Part shown: in pieces, positions 50,152 through 63,400 of the stretch
How the letters are laid out: the number at the start of each line of letters is the position of its first letter
Numbering within the stretch: position 1 is the stretch's first letter
Source of the DNA: Octopus sinensis
Taxonomy: Eukaryota
Reading direction: 5' to 3'
NCBI RefSeq assembly: GCF_006345805.1
Contig: NC_043006.1
Coordinates: 17,050,001-17,114,000 of the forward strand
Length of the DNA stretch: 64,000 nt
Notes under the pieces: generated by a model
Seen by the model: only the letters and a program-made list of their open reading frames with translations
Databases searched by the model: none
What the model was told of the DNA's origin: nothing
Program-made: the position numbers and the translations under genes

Positions 50152-51692
50152 TATATTCAAGTATGAGGATGTTACATTGCATCTGGACGAGGACAACTGC
50201 ATATGGATGAGGATAGCTGTGTAAAGAAGTGCCACACTCTAAGTGTGGAGGGAACCTGTGGAAGAGGCAGACTCAGGAAGACATGGGACGAGGTTTTGAA
50301 GCATGATCTTTAAATGTTGGGCCTCACAGAGGCAATGACAAGTGACTGAGACCTTTGGCAATATCCTGTTCTTCAGAAGATCCGTCAATGCCAGTGTCAC
50401 ATAACTGGCACATGAAAAGCACCCTTCAAGCATTAGGCAATACACTGTGCTTGATAAAATGGTAGTTGTGGCCAGTGCCAGTACTGTCTGAGTGACACCT
50501 GTGTCAGTGGCACGTAAAAAGCACCCTTTGAACTTTGGGCCCCATGGAGGCAGTGACAGGGGACCAAGACCTTTGGTGATATACTGTACTTGTGTAGACC
50601 TGTCAAGCTAAGTAAAATTGTAGTTGTGGCCAATGCTGATGTCACATCAATAAAACCTGTGCTGGTGACATGTAAAAAGCACCCACTATACTCTTAGAGT
50701 GGTTTGGTGTTAGGAAGAGCATCCAGCTATAGAAAACTTGCCAAATCAGATTGGAATCTAGAGCAGATCCCTGGCTTATCAGTTTTCAGTCAAACTGTTC
50801 AACCCTTGCCAGCATGGAAAACAGACGTTAAATAATGATGATGATGATGATGATGATTCAAGTATAAGAATGTTTAAAATATAAATATTTCATATTTAAA
50901 TATATTCTAATATTCTTCGGTTCTTTTACTTGTTTCAGTCATTTGACTGCGATCAAGCTGGAGCACTGCCATGAAGAGATTTAGTCAAACAAATCAACCC
51001 CAGGACTTATTTTTTTAAAGCCTAGTACTTATTCTATTAGTCACTTTTGCTGAACTTCTAAATTACAAGGATGTAAGCACACCAGCATTGGTTGTCGAGT
51101 GGTAGCTGGGGGACGAAAACAGACACAAAAACACATACATATTATACAAATATATACAACATGATTATTTCAGTTTCCATCTACCAGACCCTCTCACAAG
51201 GCTTTGGTCGGCCTGAGGCTATACTACAAGATACTTACCCAAGGTGCTATGCAGTGAGATTGAACCCAGAACCATGTGGGTGGAAAGCAAGCTTCTTAGC
51301 ATGCAACCAAGCCTGTTCCAATATAAGTACAAGGATGTTTAAAATAAAAGTATTTCACATTTATGGATAAGGATGTTTAAATTATAAGTATTGTATCAAG
51401 TTTAGATATTTTATTTCTAAGAAAAATCTCTGCTTCTCTACAAACTTGGTGCCTTCCCCATAGCAATATCTTAACATTTTCCTCCTACTAATGAACTTAA
51501 AATGTCCCTATTATTATAACAAATTTCTATGGGCATGTATAGGTTATGGTTTGGTATGGAAGAAACACAAATTCTGCTGAGGATATTTATGCAAAAATAG
51601 GTATTCTTATCATTAACAAATAAATATTTTTATTACTACAAACGACAAAGAAAAGATGTTTACACAAGAAACTTGTGTGGTAAGAAGCTTGC

Positions 51693-51931
51693 GAGCTGGT
51701 AAGGCGGCAAGCTGGCAGAAACGTTAGCGTGCCAGGCGAAATGCTTAGCAGTATTTCGCCTGCTGTTACGTTCTGAGTTCAAACTCCCCCGAGGTCGACT
51801 TTGCCTTTCATCCTTTCGGGGTCAATAAATTAAGTACCAGTTATGCACTGGGGTCAATGTAATCGACTTAATCCCTTTGTCTGTCCTTGTTTGTCCCCTC
51901 TATATTTGACCCCTTGTGGGCAATAAAGAAA
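51693..51931 (+). mobile_element. S2 SINE inserted into the head of an S1 SINE
   Basis: 12-bp TSD TAAGAAGCTTGC at 51681-92 and 51932-43; S1 continues after it. Confidence 0.85.
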
Positions 51932-52454
51932 TAAGAAGCTTGCTTCCTAACCACAATGTTCTGGGTTCAGTTCCACGGAAGTGCACCTTGGACAAGTATC
52001 TTCTCTTGTAGCCTTGGGCTGACCAAAGCCTTGTCTGTTGATTTGGTCAATGGAAACTGAAAGAAGCCCATTGTATATGTACATCTATGTGTGTGAGTGT
52101 CTTTGTGCCTGTGTTTGTCCCCCATCATCACTTGACAACCAATGTAAGGAAATTCGAAGTTCATATGAGATGTCTTTGGATCAGGTATAACAGCAGTTGC
52201 CATTGTGTCTTCAAGTTAGTTGCCCATGGTGTGTTGTGGTCTCTGTTGCCATCATTGTTCTCATCATCGTCCATTGTCTTGGTTCTACATACAATTTCCT
52301 ACTGCCATCTGCTGTCTGTTCTAGCTTCCACTCACTGGTGTTTGCTGTCTGGTGGCTAAAATGTACTGCATATATTGTAATGCTCTTGATCAGAAAAAGC
52401 ATGCCAAAGTTTCAATTATTATTAGATCTAGTTCCACCAAGAAGTCTTGAATAG

Positions 52455-52934
52455 TCAGCGGCTAACCGGCTTCCATGCCAGTGGCACATAAAAGGCACCA
52501 TTCGAGTGTGATCGTTACCAGCATCGCCTTACTGGCACTTGTGCCTGTGCTAGTAGGATGCCAAGAGCACCATTCGAGCGTGATCAGTCAGCTGGCTTCC
52601 ATGCCAGTGACACGTAAAAGGGCACCATTCGAGCGTGATCATTACCAATGCCGCCTTACTGACACCTGTGCCGGTGGCATGTGTAAACAGATTCGAGCGA
52701 GGTCGTTGCCAGTACCGCCTGACTGGCCCCCGTGCCGGTGAAACGTAAAAAGCACCCACTACACTCTCAGAGTGGTTGGCATTAGGAAGGGCATCCAGCT
52801 GTATAAACTCTGCCAAATCAAGATTGGAGCCTGGTGCAGCCATCTGGTTCACCAGCCCTCAGTCAAAATCGTCCAACCCATGCTAGCATGGAAAGCGGAC
52901 GTTAAACGATGATGATGATGATGATGATGATGAT
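52455..52934 (+). mobile_element. RTE 3' UTR copy with several hairpin repeats (subtype B)
   Basis: Multiple GCC-RGT-GRCAC-RTAAAA..GCACC units, (GAT)n tail. Confidence 0.85.
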
Positions 52935-53432
52935 CAGTAATATCTGAGCAAATTGCAATCAAGTTACTAAATAGACTTTTACTTGGGATGTAGGGATCTG
53001 GTTTCAATTTACTAAGTGCTTGCAATTGCTAAATATTCCTGCTACACCCCTAAGAAGCCATTAGCATCCTTTTGATACCAACCTGCTTGGAACCAACTGT
53101 GATGTTAGCGGTGTTATGGGCTGTGATGAGGTATGTGGTGTTGGTAGAGAGGATGGTAGATGAGGCAAAAGGGAAGTGAAGGCTGCAGGGGCTGGCGGAA
53201 GAGTGAAAGGGGCATGCGTGGGCAGGAAGCATGTGTGGTCAAAGAAGCACGTGTGGGCAGTTCGAGCTGAGACGGCAGAGAGGCAAGACGTATTTAATTT
53301 GTGAGAGTGACCGCTGATTCCACCGAGGTCAACAGGTAAGGCCTTTTGTATTTCTTTCCTCCGTTTGCTTCTTTTTCTGTTGTCCTTTTCTTCCGTCACA
53401 CTACACCAACCTTAGACCTATGATATAAACTT

Positions 53433-53676
53433 CATCATCATCATCATCATCATCGTTTAGCATCCGCTTTCTATGCTAGCATGGGTTGGACGGTGCAACT
53501 GGGGTCTGGGAAGCCAGAAGGCTGCACCAGGCCCAGTCTGATCTGGCAATGTTTCTACGGCTGGATGCCCTTCCTAACACCAACCACTCCATGAGTGTAC
53601 TGGGTGCTTTTTACGTGCCAGACGAGGCTGGCAAACGGCCACAATCGGATGGTGCGTTTTACGTGCCACCGGCACG
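53433..53676 (-). mobile_element. RTE 3' tail copy (subtype A)
   Basis: As 3606-3879. Confidence 0.85.
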
Positions 53677-54271
53677 CTTATTTTAAATTGATTTAAATTA
53701 AAACCTTCCATCAAAATTTCATATTAATTCATATTCCTAAGTTATTTTTGGAAATTCTTTATTTTCAGAATTAATTGAATCAAAAGCAATGTTTTTCACC
53801 AGAAATATGGTAAGAATTATTCAAAGCCACTGGTTTTAAAGCATTCATTGTCTATCTTGATTTGGTAATTTTTAAGTGTAAGTATAGCTGTATCCTTAAG
53901 AAATTTACTTCCCAACCTCGTGGCTTTGGTTTCAGTCCCACAGTGTGACGCTTTGGGCAAGTGTCTTCAAAGATAACCTCAGGCTGACGAAAACCTTGTG
54001 AGTAGATTCGGTAGACGGAAACTGAAAGAAGCGCATCATATATGTATAAATGTGTGTGTGTGAGTTTGTAACTGTCTTGACATCATATAAACGATTGTCA
54101 CCATTTTGTAAGCAATGTCCTTCATTTCCAGTTTTCCATGTAAACATGTGTACCTGAGGTGAAATATTACCTTACTTGGAAACAGGTATTGGTGATAGGA
54201 AGGGCATCCAGTCATAGAAAATCTGCTTCAAGAAATTCTTTCCAACGAATGTAAGCATGGAAAAGTGGACA

Positions 54272-54465
54272 TTGACCCTTTAGCATTCAGATTACTCTAT
54301 CAAATGTAATGCTTATTTATTCATATCGTTTTGTATTAATCATGCATTATCTCATGGCTTCATGATTTTGAGGGTAGGTGTGAAAGGCTTGATCTGACTG
54401 GTTTCAACAAAAAACAGGCAGAATACTTGGGCTGGATTAGACTAGTTTGAATGTTAAAGGCTTAA
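54272..54465 (+). mobile_element. TTAA-type MITE inserted in an RTE tail
   Basis: TTGACCCTTT...AAAGGCTTAA interrupts GTGGACATTAAAATGA. Confidence 0.65.
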
Positions 54466-54519
54466 AATGAGATGGATGATGATGATGAGATCCTGTGAAA
54501 ATAATTATGTAATTAGTCA

Positions 54520-55276
54520 TAAATATAAATAAATGCGCCCTTTTTAAAGCCTAGCCAGGCTCATGGGCCCGGTTTCCTGGTTTCTATGGCGTATGTGTTC
54601 CCCAGCTGGACGGGACACCAGTCCATCATTGTGTTACTCATTTTTGCCAGCTGAGTGGACTGGAACAACGTGAAATGAAGTGTTTTGCTCAGGAACACAA
54701 TGCGTCGCCCGGTCCAGGAATTGAAACCACAATCTTACGATCATGATGCTGACACCCTAACCACTAAGCCATGTGCCTCCACTAAAATAAATGCACCCTT
54801 TTAAAGCCTAGCCAGGCTCATGGGCCCGGTTTCTATAGCGTCTGTGTTCCCCAGCTGGACGGGACGCCAGTCCATCGCAGCGTTACTCATTTTTGACAGC
54901 TGAGTGGACTGGAGCAATGTGAAATGAAGTTTTTTGCTCAAGAACACAATGTGTCACCCGGTCCAGGAATTGAAACCACAATCTTACGATCATGATGCTG
55001 ACACCCTAACCACTAAACCACATGCCTCCACTAAAATAAATGCATCCCTTTAAAGCCTAGCCAGGCTCATGGGCCCGGTTTCCCGGTTTCTATAGGGTAT
55101 GTGTTCCTCAGCTACTCATTTACTCAGTTACTCATTTTTGCCAGCTGAGTGGACTGGAGCAACGTGAAATGAAGTGTTTTGCTCAAGAACACAATGCGTC
55201 GCCCGGTCCTGGAATCGAAACCACAATCTTACAATCGTGATGCTGACACCCTAACCACTAAGCCATGCACCTCCAC
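54520..55276 (-). mobile_element. Head-to-tail trimer of a tRNA-derived SINE (family S4)
   Basis: Three ~250-bp units; single 11-bp TSD GTAATTAGTCA at 54509-19 and 55277-87. Confidence 0.9.
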
Positions 55277-55844
55277 GTAATTAGTCAAGCCTGGACATAT
55301 TCTGGCTTAGCCCAAAGTAAAGAGTTGGAGATAAAGTAGTCAATTGTTTTCTAGCATTCAGTGCATAATCTCTAGTCAGTATTTACAGCTTCCTATTTGC
55401 TTGATTACATTTGTGAGGAAGTTTCTTTTGAGCAAATTCCAGTTTTATATAGTAACAGCCTCTTGGCTTTTAGATGCAGCACTTGTAAGTCATTTTTGGA
55501 TTCCTCTTATATCTATCTCGATTCCTTTCCAGTCTGGTCAAAAATGGAACATGTTCAGTTTACTTTAGTAGTTTGACCTTGAGCTCCTTGATTCAGGCTG
55601 CATTTTATTCCCTTTGAGTTTTTATTTGATGACATAAATGTTCTTACTTTCAGCTTGTAATTAGTTTATAGCAGAATTTTTTGTCTGTATTCTTGTATTC
55701 TTTTATTTTGTATTATTTTATTCCTTTATTCTTTAATTTTTTATCTTGTCTTGGCATTGGGCTATGCCCATGCTGGGGCACCACCTTAAAAGATGAGTTG
55801 ATCAAATCAATCCAAAGTCTGGTAATTATTCTATTCATCTTTTA

Positions 55845-55850
55845 TTATTA

Positions 55851-55885
<35 letters not shown>

Positions 55886-55982
55886 GTTGTTGTTGTTGTT
55901 GTTATTGTTGTTGTTTTTGTGGTTATTGTTGTTGTTATTATTATTGTTGTTGTTATTATTATTATCATTGTTGTTGTTGTTG

Positions 55983-56030
<48 letters not shown>

Positions 56031-56040
56031 TATTATTGTT
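55845..56040. repeat. Compound (TAT)n/(TGT)n microsatellite
   Basis: Direct reading. Confidence 0.95.
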
Positions 56041-56370
56041 TTTGACTAAATTGTTAAGCTACAAAAATTTATCCAAACCACATCATGTTTCAAGGCAGAG
56101 AGACAAACATAAACATAAATACAAACACCCACCACACACACACAGATATGACTAGCTTCTCCATAGTTTCTACCAACTAAGGCATCGATTGGCTCAAGGC
56201 TTCGGTAGAAGACACTTGCCTAAGGTACCACACCATCGGAGTGAACTCAAAACTACACGTTTGTAAAACAAACTTCTTAACCACACAGCTATGCTAGTAC
56301 CTATATTTCTGCAATTTCGTCTTCCTCACTAGATTCTCATTAAAATGACAATAAAGAAATACACAATTAA

Positions 56371-56673
56371 TCTTTATATATAAAAGTGAAGTTGTATGAG
56401 TGTCTGTCTCCTACGATTTAGATTCCTAACTACTCCCACATTTTGCGGTGCAGTTTAACCAAAAGCGGGTATCTTATAGTCGTGATTCATATCGAGCCCT
56501 TCTGGGTATTAGTGCGCATCTACGATGAGTCTACGATTTAAAAAAAAATTTACCATAATTTTTTCCCGTTTTTAATGCATTTATTTGCTATCATATAAGG
56601 AAAGTAACTCTCTAAAAATGCTTATATAGTTATTTCCCTTACAAACCCGAGCAACGCCGGGCGATACTGCTAG
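56371..56673 (+). mobile_element. Non-autonomous Helitron, complete (303 bp)
   Basis: A|TCTTTATATATAAAA ... CCCGAGCAACGCCGGG-CGATACTG-CTAG|T. Confidence 0.85.
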
Positions 56674-57110
56674 TAATGAATAAATAAATAAATAAATAAA
56701 CAGAATCAAGAATGTGCGGTCTTACTAACTTCAAAAGTCTCAAAGCAGTATATAAAAAAAAATCAATATTTTGAAACAAAGGATTGCGGGGTTAAAAAAG
56801 GAAGTCCTCCGGGCAACAAATAAGAATACCATTCAGCTCACTACAGGTCACATAAATTGTTGACATTACTCACGTAGCTAAGTAGTGAATACCTGTTGTA
56901 ATTTCATTCATTCATTGAAACGAAAGCTTCCCGCCCCCATTGAAAAGATATGAACACTTCCTACATACATTAAGACTAAGGAGGTGTCATGGTATACACA
57001 AGCATTTACCTACTTTAGAATGTTTGATAACATTCCTAAGATTATACAAATACAGATACGCACGCACGCATGCACACGCGTGCGTGCACACACACACACA
57101 CACACACACA

Positions 57111-58615
57111 ACTCACGTGTACATACGCTCTTTCACTATCTCTTTTACTTGTTTCAATCATTTGACTGCGGCCATGCTGGAGCACCGCCTTTTGTCGAGG
57201 AAATCGACCCTCCCCCGCCCAGGACTTATTCTTTGTAAGCCTAGTACTTATTCTATCGGTCTCTTTTGCCGAACTGCTAAGTTACGGGGACGTAAACACA
57301 CCAGCATTGGTTGTCAAGCGATGTTAGGGGGACAAGCAGACATACAAACACATACACATATATATACATATACATATACATACACATCCACATAACATAC
57401 ATGCACAAGCACACACACACACACAACACACACACACACACACAACACACACACACACACACAGAGACACACACTCACATGTACATACTCCCTTTTACTT
57501 GTTTCAATCATTTGACTGTGGCTATGCTGGAGCACCGCATTTTGTCGAGGAAATCGCCCCCCCCTCCCACCAGGACTTATTCTTTGTAAGCCTAGTACTT
57601 ATTCTATCGTTCTCTTTTGCCGAACCGCTAAGTTACGGGGACGTAAACACACCAGCATCGGTTGTCAAGCGATGTTAGGGGGACAAGCAGACATACAAAC
57701 ACATATACATATACATACACATCCACATAAACACACATGCACAAGCACACACACACACAAACTCACACAAACATACTAACACACACACACACACACAGAC
57801 ACACTCACACGTACATATACATACACATGCACATGTACACACACACACACACACACCACACAACTCACGTGTACATACGCTCTTTCACTATCTCTTTTAC
57901 TTGTTTCAATCATTTGACTGCGGCCATGCTGGAGCACCGCCTTTTGTCGAGGAAATCGACCCTCCCCCGCCCAGGACTTATTCTTTGTAAGCCTAGTACT
58001 TATTCTATCGGTCTCTTTTGCCGAACTGCTAAGTTACGGGGACGTAAACACACCAGCATTGGTTGTCAAGCGATGTTAGGGGGACAAGCAGACATACAAA
58101 CACATACACATATATATACATATACATATACATACACATCCACATAAACATACATGCACAAGCACACACACACACAAACTCACACAAACACACCAACACA
58201 CATACACACACACACAGAGACACACACTCACATGTACATACTCCCTTTTACTTGTTTCAATCATTTGACTGTGGCTATGCTGGAGCACCGCATTTTGTCG
58301 AGGAAATCGCCCCCCCCTCCCACCAGGACTTATTCTTTGTAAGCCTAGTACTTATTCTATCGTTCTCTTTTGCCGAACCGCTAAGTTACGGGGACGTAAA
58401 CACACCAGCATCGGTTGTCAAGCGATGTTAGGGGGACAAGCAGACATACAAACACATATACATATACATACACATCCACATAAACACACATGCACAAGCA
58501 CACACACACACAAACTCACACAAACATACTAACACACACACACACACACAGACACACTCACACGTACATATACATACACATGCACATGTACACACACACA
58601 CACACACACACACAA
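57111..58615 (-). repeat. Tandem array A-B-A-B of S1 SINE tails plus (CA)-rich spacers, ~752-bp higher-order period
   Basis: ACTCACGTGTACATACGC at 57111 and 57863; GTACATACTCCC at 57481 and 58234. Confidence 0.9.
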
Positions 58616-58726
58616 GTATGCGCATAGATATGAAACAAGGTGGAGAAAATATCACAACTGTTATGAAACTCTGAGTAGTAGCTTGTGAAGTTTTTTTGGC
58701 TTTAATAAAATGTATGCACACCCTAA

Positions 58727-58924
58727 GTGCAGGAGTGGCTGTGTGGTAAGAAGCTTGCTTCCCAACCATATGGTTCCGAGATCAGTCCCAATGTGTGGCA
58801 CCTTGGGAAAGTGTCTTCTATTATAGTCTCGGGCTGACCAAAGCCTTGTGAGTGGATTTGGTAGATGGAAACTGAAAGAAGCCCGTTGTATATTCATGCA
58901 TGTATGTATGTATGTATGTATTTA

Positions 58925-58958
<34 letters not shown>

Positions 58959-59170
58959 TGTGTGTGTGTGCATGTGTGTTTGTCCCCCCCCCACCATTGT
59001 TTGACAACCAATGTTGATGTGTTTACATCTCCATAACTTAGAAGTTTGGCAAAAGATACTGATAGAATATGTACTAGGCTTACAAAGAATAAGTCCTGAG
59101 GTCGATTTGTTCAACTAAAGACAGTGCTCCAGCATGGCCACAGTCAAATGACTGAAACAAGTAAAAGAGC
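58727..59170 (+). mobile_element. Full-length S1 SINE
   Basis: GTGCAGGAGTGGCTGTGTGGTAAG head through AAACAAGTAAAAGAG tail. Confidence 0.85.
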
Positions 59171-59580
59171 AAAAGTGTAATATCTGTGTGTGTGTGTGCA
59201 TGTGTATCTGTGTGTATATCAGTGTGTGTGTATGTATGTATATATGTATATATATGTATATACAAGATAAGAGAATGGAGAAATACACCTAAATCAAATA
59301 TCAATTACCAGATAATACTCAATCACATACTTTATTAAACCACCACATAAGAGACTGTAGGGTTAAACATAAAAAAAGCAGAACAAATCAGTGTACATAA
59401 AGGAATGTACATAAAAAAGTGTACATAAAAGAGTAATGTTGTATAATAAGTAGAATATATATAAAAATGAGGATATAAATATAAGTAAATATAAATATAA
59501 GTATAGATTACATCTTACAGGTGTTTTGGCCATGTAGATAAGTATGTCTCATTTTACCAATATTAGCCTTTTATGGTATG

Positions 59581-59622
<42 letters not shown>

Positions 59623-59653
59623 CATACATACATACACATACATATACATACAC

Positions 59654-59686
<33 letters not shown>

Positions 59687-59726
59687 ATATATATATGAGA
59701 CACACAAAAAAGAAAGAAGATTGCAA

Positions 59727-59771
59727 GGACCACTGATGAGGTCACAGAGGTGTGATGAAAGAACTCTGGCC
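59727..59771 (+). ncRNA. Minimal type I hammerhead ribozyme-like motif
   Basis: GGACCA-CTGATGA-G-GTCACA(GAGG)TGTGAT-GAAA-GAAC-TC-TGGCC: intact core, 6-bp stem II, CUC triplet, short stem I. Confidence 0.5.
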
Positions 59772-59889
59772 AAAATACAATTAATATAAGATAAAGCTGA
59801 AGCAAGTGAACATCAAATATATAGTGCGTGTGTTTTTATTGGCTAAACTGGCAACATGACCATCCCCAAATACAACAATATGTGTGAGT

Positions 59890-60150
<261 letters not shown>

Positions 60151-60407
60151 TACATAAAGAGAGAGACAGGGGAGAGTGAGAGAGAGGGAGGGAGAAACAG
60201 AAAATACAGGTTGACAAAGTAAGTATTAGAATTAAAAATAGTGGCTACACAGGTAAATATCATTACTGACAATGCTCTAGCATGGCCATATTCCAGTGGC
60301 TGCGGCCAGTAGAGCGAATAGTCACAACTTTTCATTTTACTTTGCTCACTAATGCATTAATGCAACATTCATTGTTAAAACACTGACGTACAATGAATGA
60401 ATGAACA

Positions 60408-60645
60408 CTACTACTACTACTACCACTACCACCACCACCACCACCACCACCACCACCACCAACACCAACACCACCACCACCACCACCACCACCACCACTA
60501 CCTCCACCACCACCGCCGCCGCCGCCGCCGCCGCCACCACCACCACCACCACCACCACCATTACCTCCACCACCACAACCCCTACTACTACTCACACACA
60601 TACACAACAAACATACAAACACACATGCATGCAGACACATACACA

Positions 60646-60687
<42 letters not shown>

Positions 60688-60690
60688 CAC
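60408..60690. repeat. Compound (CTA)n/(CCA)n/(CCG)n triplet tract followed by (CA)n
   Basis: Direct reading. Confidence 0.95.
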
Positions 60691-60904
60691 ATGCACACAC
60701 ACATTCTCATACAATAGAATGCAGTTGTGAGTTTTCTCAAATGTGGGTGTTTAATGAATGACTAATGTGATTTTTATCAAAAGAAACTTACAATTTTTAC
60801 ACACGAACTGAAATTAAACAAATTTAATGCATCACTAGGTGTATAAGAGAACAATTTATATATACATCAATGTGCGTGTGTGTGTGTGTGTATTATGTCT
60901 ATCT

Positions 60905-61290
60905 GTGGCGGCGCAATGGCCCAGTGGTTAGGGCAGCGGACTCGCGGTCATAGGATCGCGGTTTCGATTCCCAGACTGGGCGTTGTGAGTGTTTATTGAG
61001 CGAAAACACCTAAAAGCTCCACGAGGCCCCGGCAGGGGATGGTGGTGATCCCTGCTGTACTCTTTCACCACAACTTTCTCTCACTCTTACTTCCTGTTTC
61101 TGTTGTACCTGTATTTCAAAGGGCCGGCCTTGTCACTCTCTGTGTCACGCTGAATATCCCCGAGAACTACGTTAAGGGTACACGTGTCTGTGGAGTGCTC
61201 AGCCACTTACACGTTAATTTCATGAGCAGGCTGTTCCGTTGATTCAGATCAACCGGAACCCTCGTCATCGTAACCAACGGAGTGCTTCCA
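60905..61290 (+). mobile_element. S3 SINE, full length, followed by (TCTA)n
   Basis: Near-identical to 40081-40463. Confidence 0.85.
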
Positions 61291-61294
61291 TATG

Positions 61295-61356
<62 letters not shown>

Positions 61357-61958
61357 CATCTGTCTGTGTGGTAAGAAGCTTGCTTACCAACCACATGGTT
61401 CTGGGTTCAGTCTGACTGTGTAGCACCTTGAGCAAGTGTCTTCTACTATAGCCTTGGGCCAACCCAAGCCTTGTGAGTGGATTTCGTAGATGGAAACTGA
61501 AAGAAGCCCATCGTATACATATGTATATATATCTATTTGTGTGTGCTTGTGTTTGTCTCTCCATCACCACTTGGCAACAGGTGGGTGTTGGTGTGCTTAT
61601 GTCCCTGTAACTTAACAGTTCAGTAAAAGAGACCAATAGAATAAGTACTAGGCCTAAAGAAATAATAAATACTGGGGTCAAGTCATTCAACTAAAAATTC
61701 AAGGTGGTGCCCCAGGATGGCTGCAGTCCAATGACTGAAACAGGTAAAAGGTAAAAGGTATATATATACACACATTTTTTCTCTCCTTGTTTTTTCCTCT
61801 CCTTGTTTCTCTCCTTATTTTTTTTGTGTCCCTTTCTGTAGAAGAACGTAGGCTCGAAACATATAAGACTTTTTCTATTCCTGAGCGTTATACTAATACA
61901 TCTGTTTGTTTTGTACACCACCCGTCTTCGTCTTTTGTTTTTTTCCGTAAACTCTCCC

Positions 61959-62074
<116 letters not shown>

Positions 62075-62107
62075 TAGATAGATACACATACATACATGCA
62101 TACACAC

Positions 62108-62138
<31 letters not shown>

Positions 62139-62974
62139 GCTTACATTTAGATACATATAATTCCATATATATATGCATTACACACACACACATGTAATGC
62201 ATATATATATATATATATATAAGATATACACATTGTGTACAGGACAGCCCCAATGAGTGAAAAATACATAAACACATGAGAGAAAAGTACAGGACAAAAT
62301 ACCGAAAGAAGATAACTCCTCATCAGTTGTCGGACTGTATATTACTCCTTATTTCATTCTTTTAATGAGAAGGTTTATATATACACATACATATACATGT
62401 ATGTTTGTATGAATGTATGTATGTATGTTCAGTTTCCATTAAACAAATTCGCTCACAGAATTTTGGTTGGCCCAGGGCTATAGCAGAAGGCAATTACTCA
62501 AAGTGCAGCGCAGAGAGACCGAAATCAAAAACTGTGTAGTTGGGAAGCAAATGTCTTCACCACACAACATACACAACACACACAACACAATTAGCATCTC
62601 TGATGCGTGATTTATTTCTCTTGCTACAATCCACAAATCAAAACAAGAGAATTTAAGACACGAAATGCAATTATTTCATAGAGGTGATGTTTAATATAAA
62701 TCATTATTAAAGGTATGCGTTTCGTGGTTTCATTAATTCCTATTATTTTCTCAATTCAGTTATGTCTTAACGACTTCTTCCCCGGTGATTTCTCGTTACT
62801 TTCATTCTAAATGTTTGGCTTTTAATTAAGTTACATTGAGAACACTCATGATAGTGTATTAATTTTTGAAATATATTTCCCCAAACTATATTTGAAACAA
62901 GGAGGAATTCGCTTATTGCTACAAACTAGATTTGTAAATAGGAAATATATTAGAACTATAGTTATCTAGAAACT

Positions 62975-62998
62975 CTCTCTCTCTCTCTTGTGTGCATG

Positions 62999-63032
<34 letters not shown>

Positions 63033-63178
63033 TTCACACAGCTGTGTCCGTATGTATGTATGTATATATTGTATGCATGTATTGTATGTATGTATGTATG
63101 TATGTATGTATGTATGTATTTATGTATGTATATATATATGTGTGTGTGCGTGTATGTGTTTGTATATATATATATATA

Positions 63179-63231
<53 letters not shown>

Positions 63232-63400
63232 ATATATATACATATATATATATGTATATATGTGTGTGTGTATGTATGTATGTATGTATATTGATGGATA
63301 GATGTATAGATAAATATAGAGATATAGTCCTACATACATATATGCACACACACATACATGCATGCACACATGAGCGCGCACACATACACACACATGTATG
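62975..63400. repeat. Compound (CA)/(TATG)/(TA)/(TG) microsatellite
   Basis: Direct reading. Confidence 0.95.

Noticed and set aside
60332-60730. Poly-His, poly-Thr and poly-Gly ORFs
   Set aside because: All frames of one compound triplet repeat; no splice or flanking coding evidence.
60905-60980. tRNA-like sequence
   Set aside because: SINE head with A and B boxes but no complete cloverleaf, followed by SINE body. The same holds for the other SINE heads.
61831-61870. CTGTAGA..GCTC-GAAAC hammerhead-like string in a probable Penelope-like tail
   Set aside because: An essential core A is replaced and stem II is mismatched.
62300-62330. CTGATGA on the minus strand
   Set aside because: No GAAA on the same strand at the required position.
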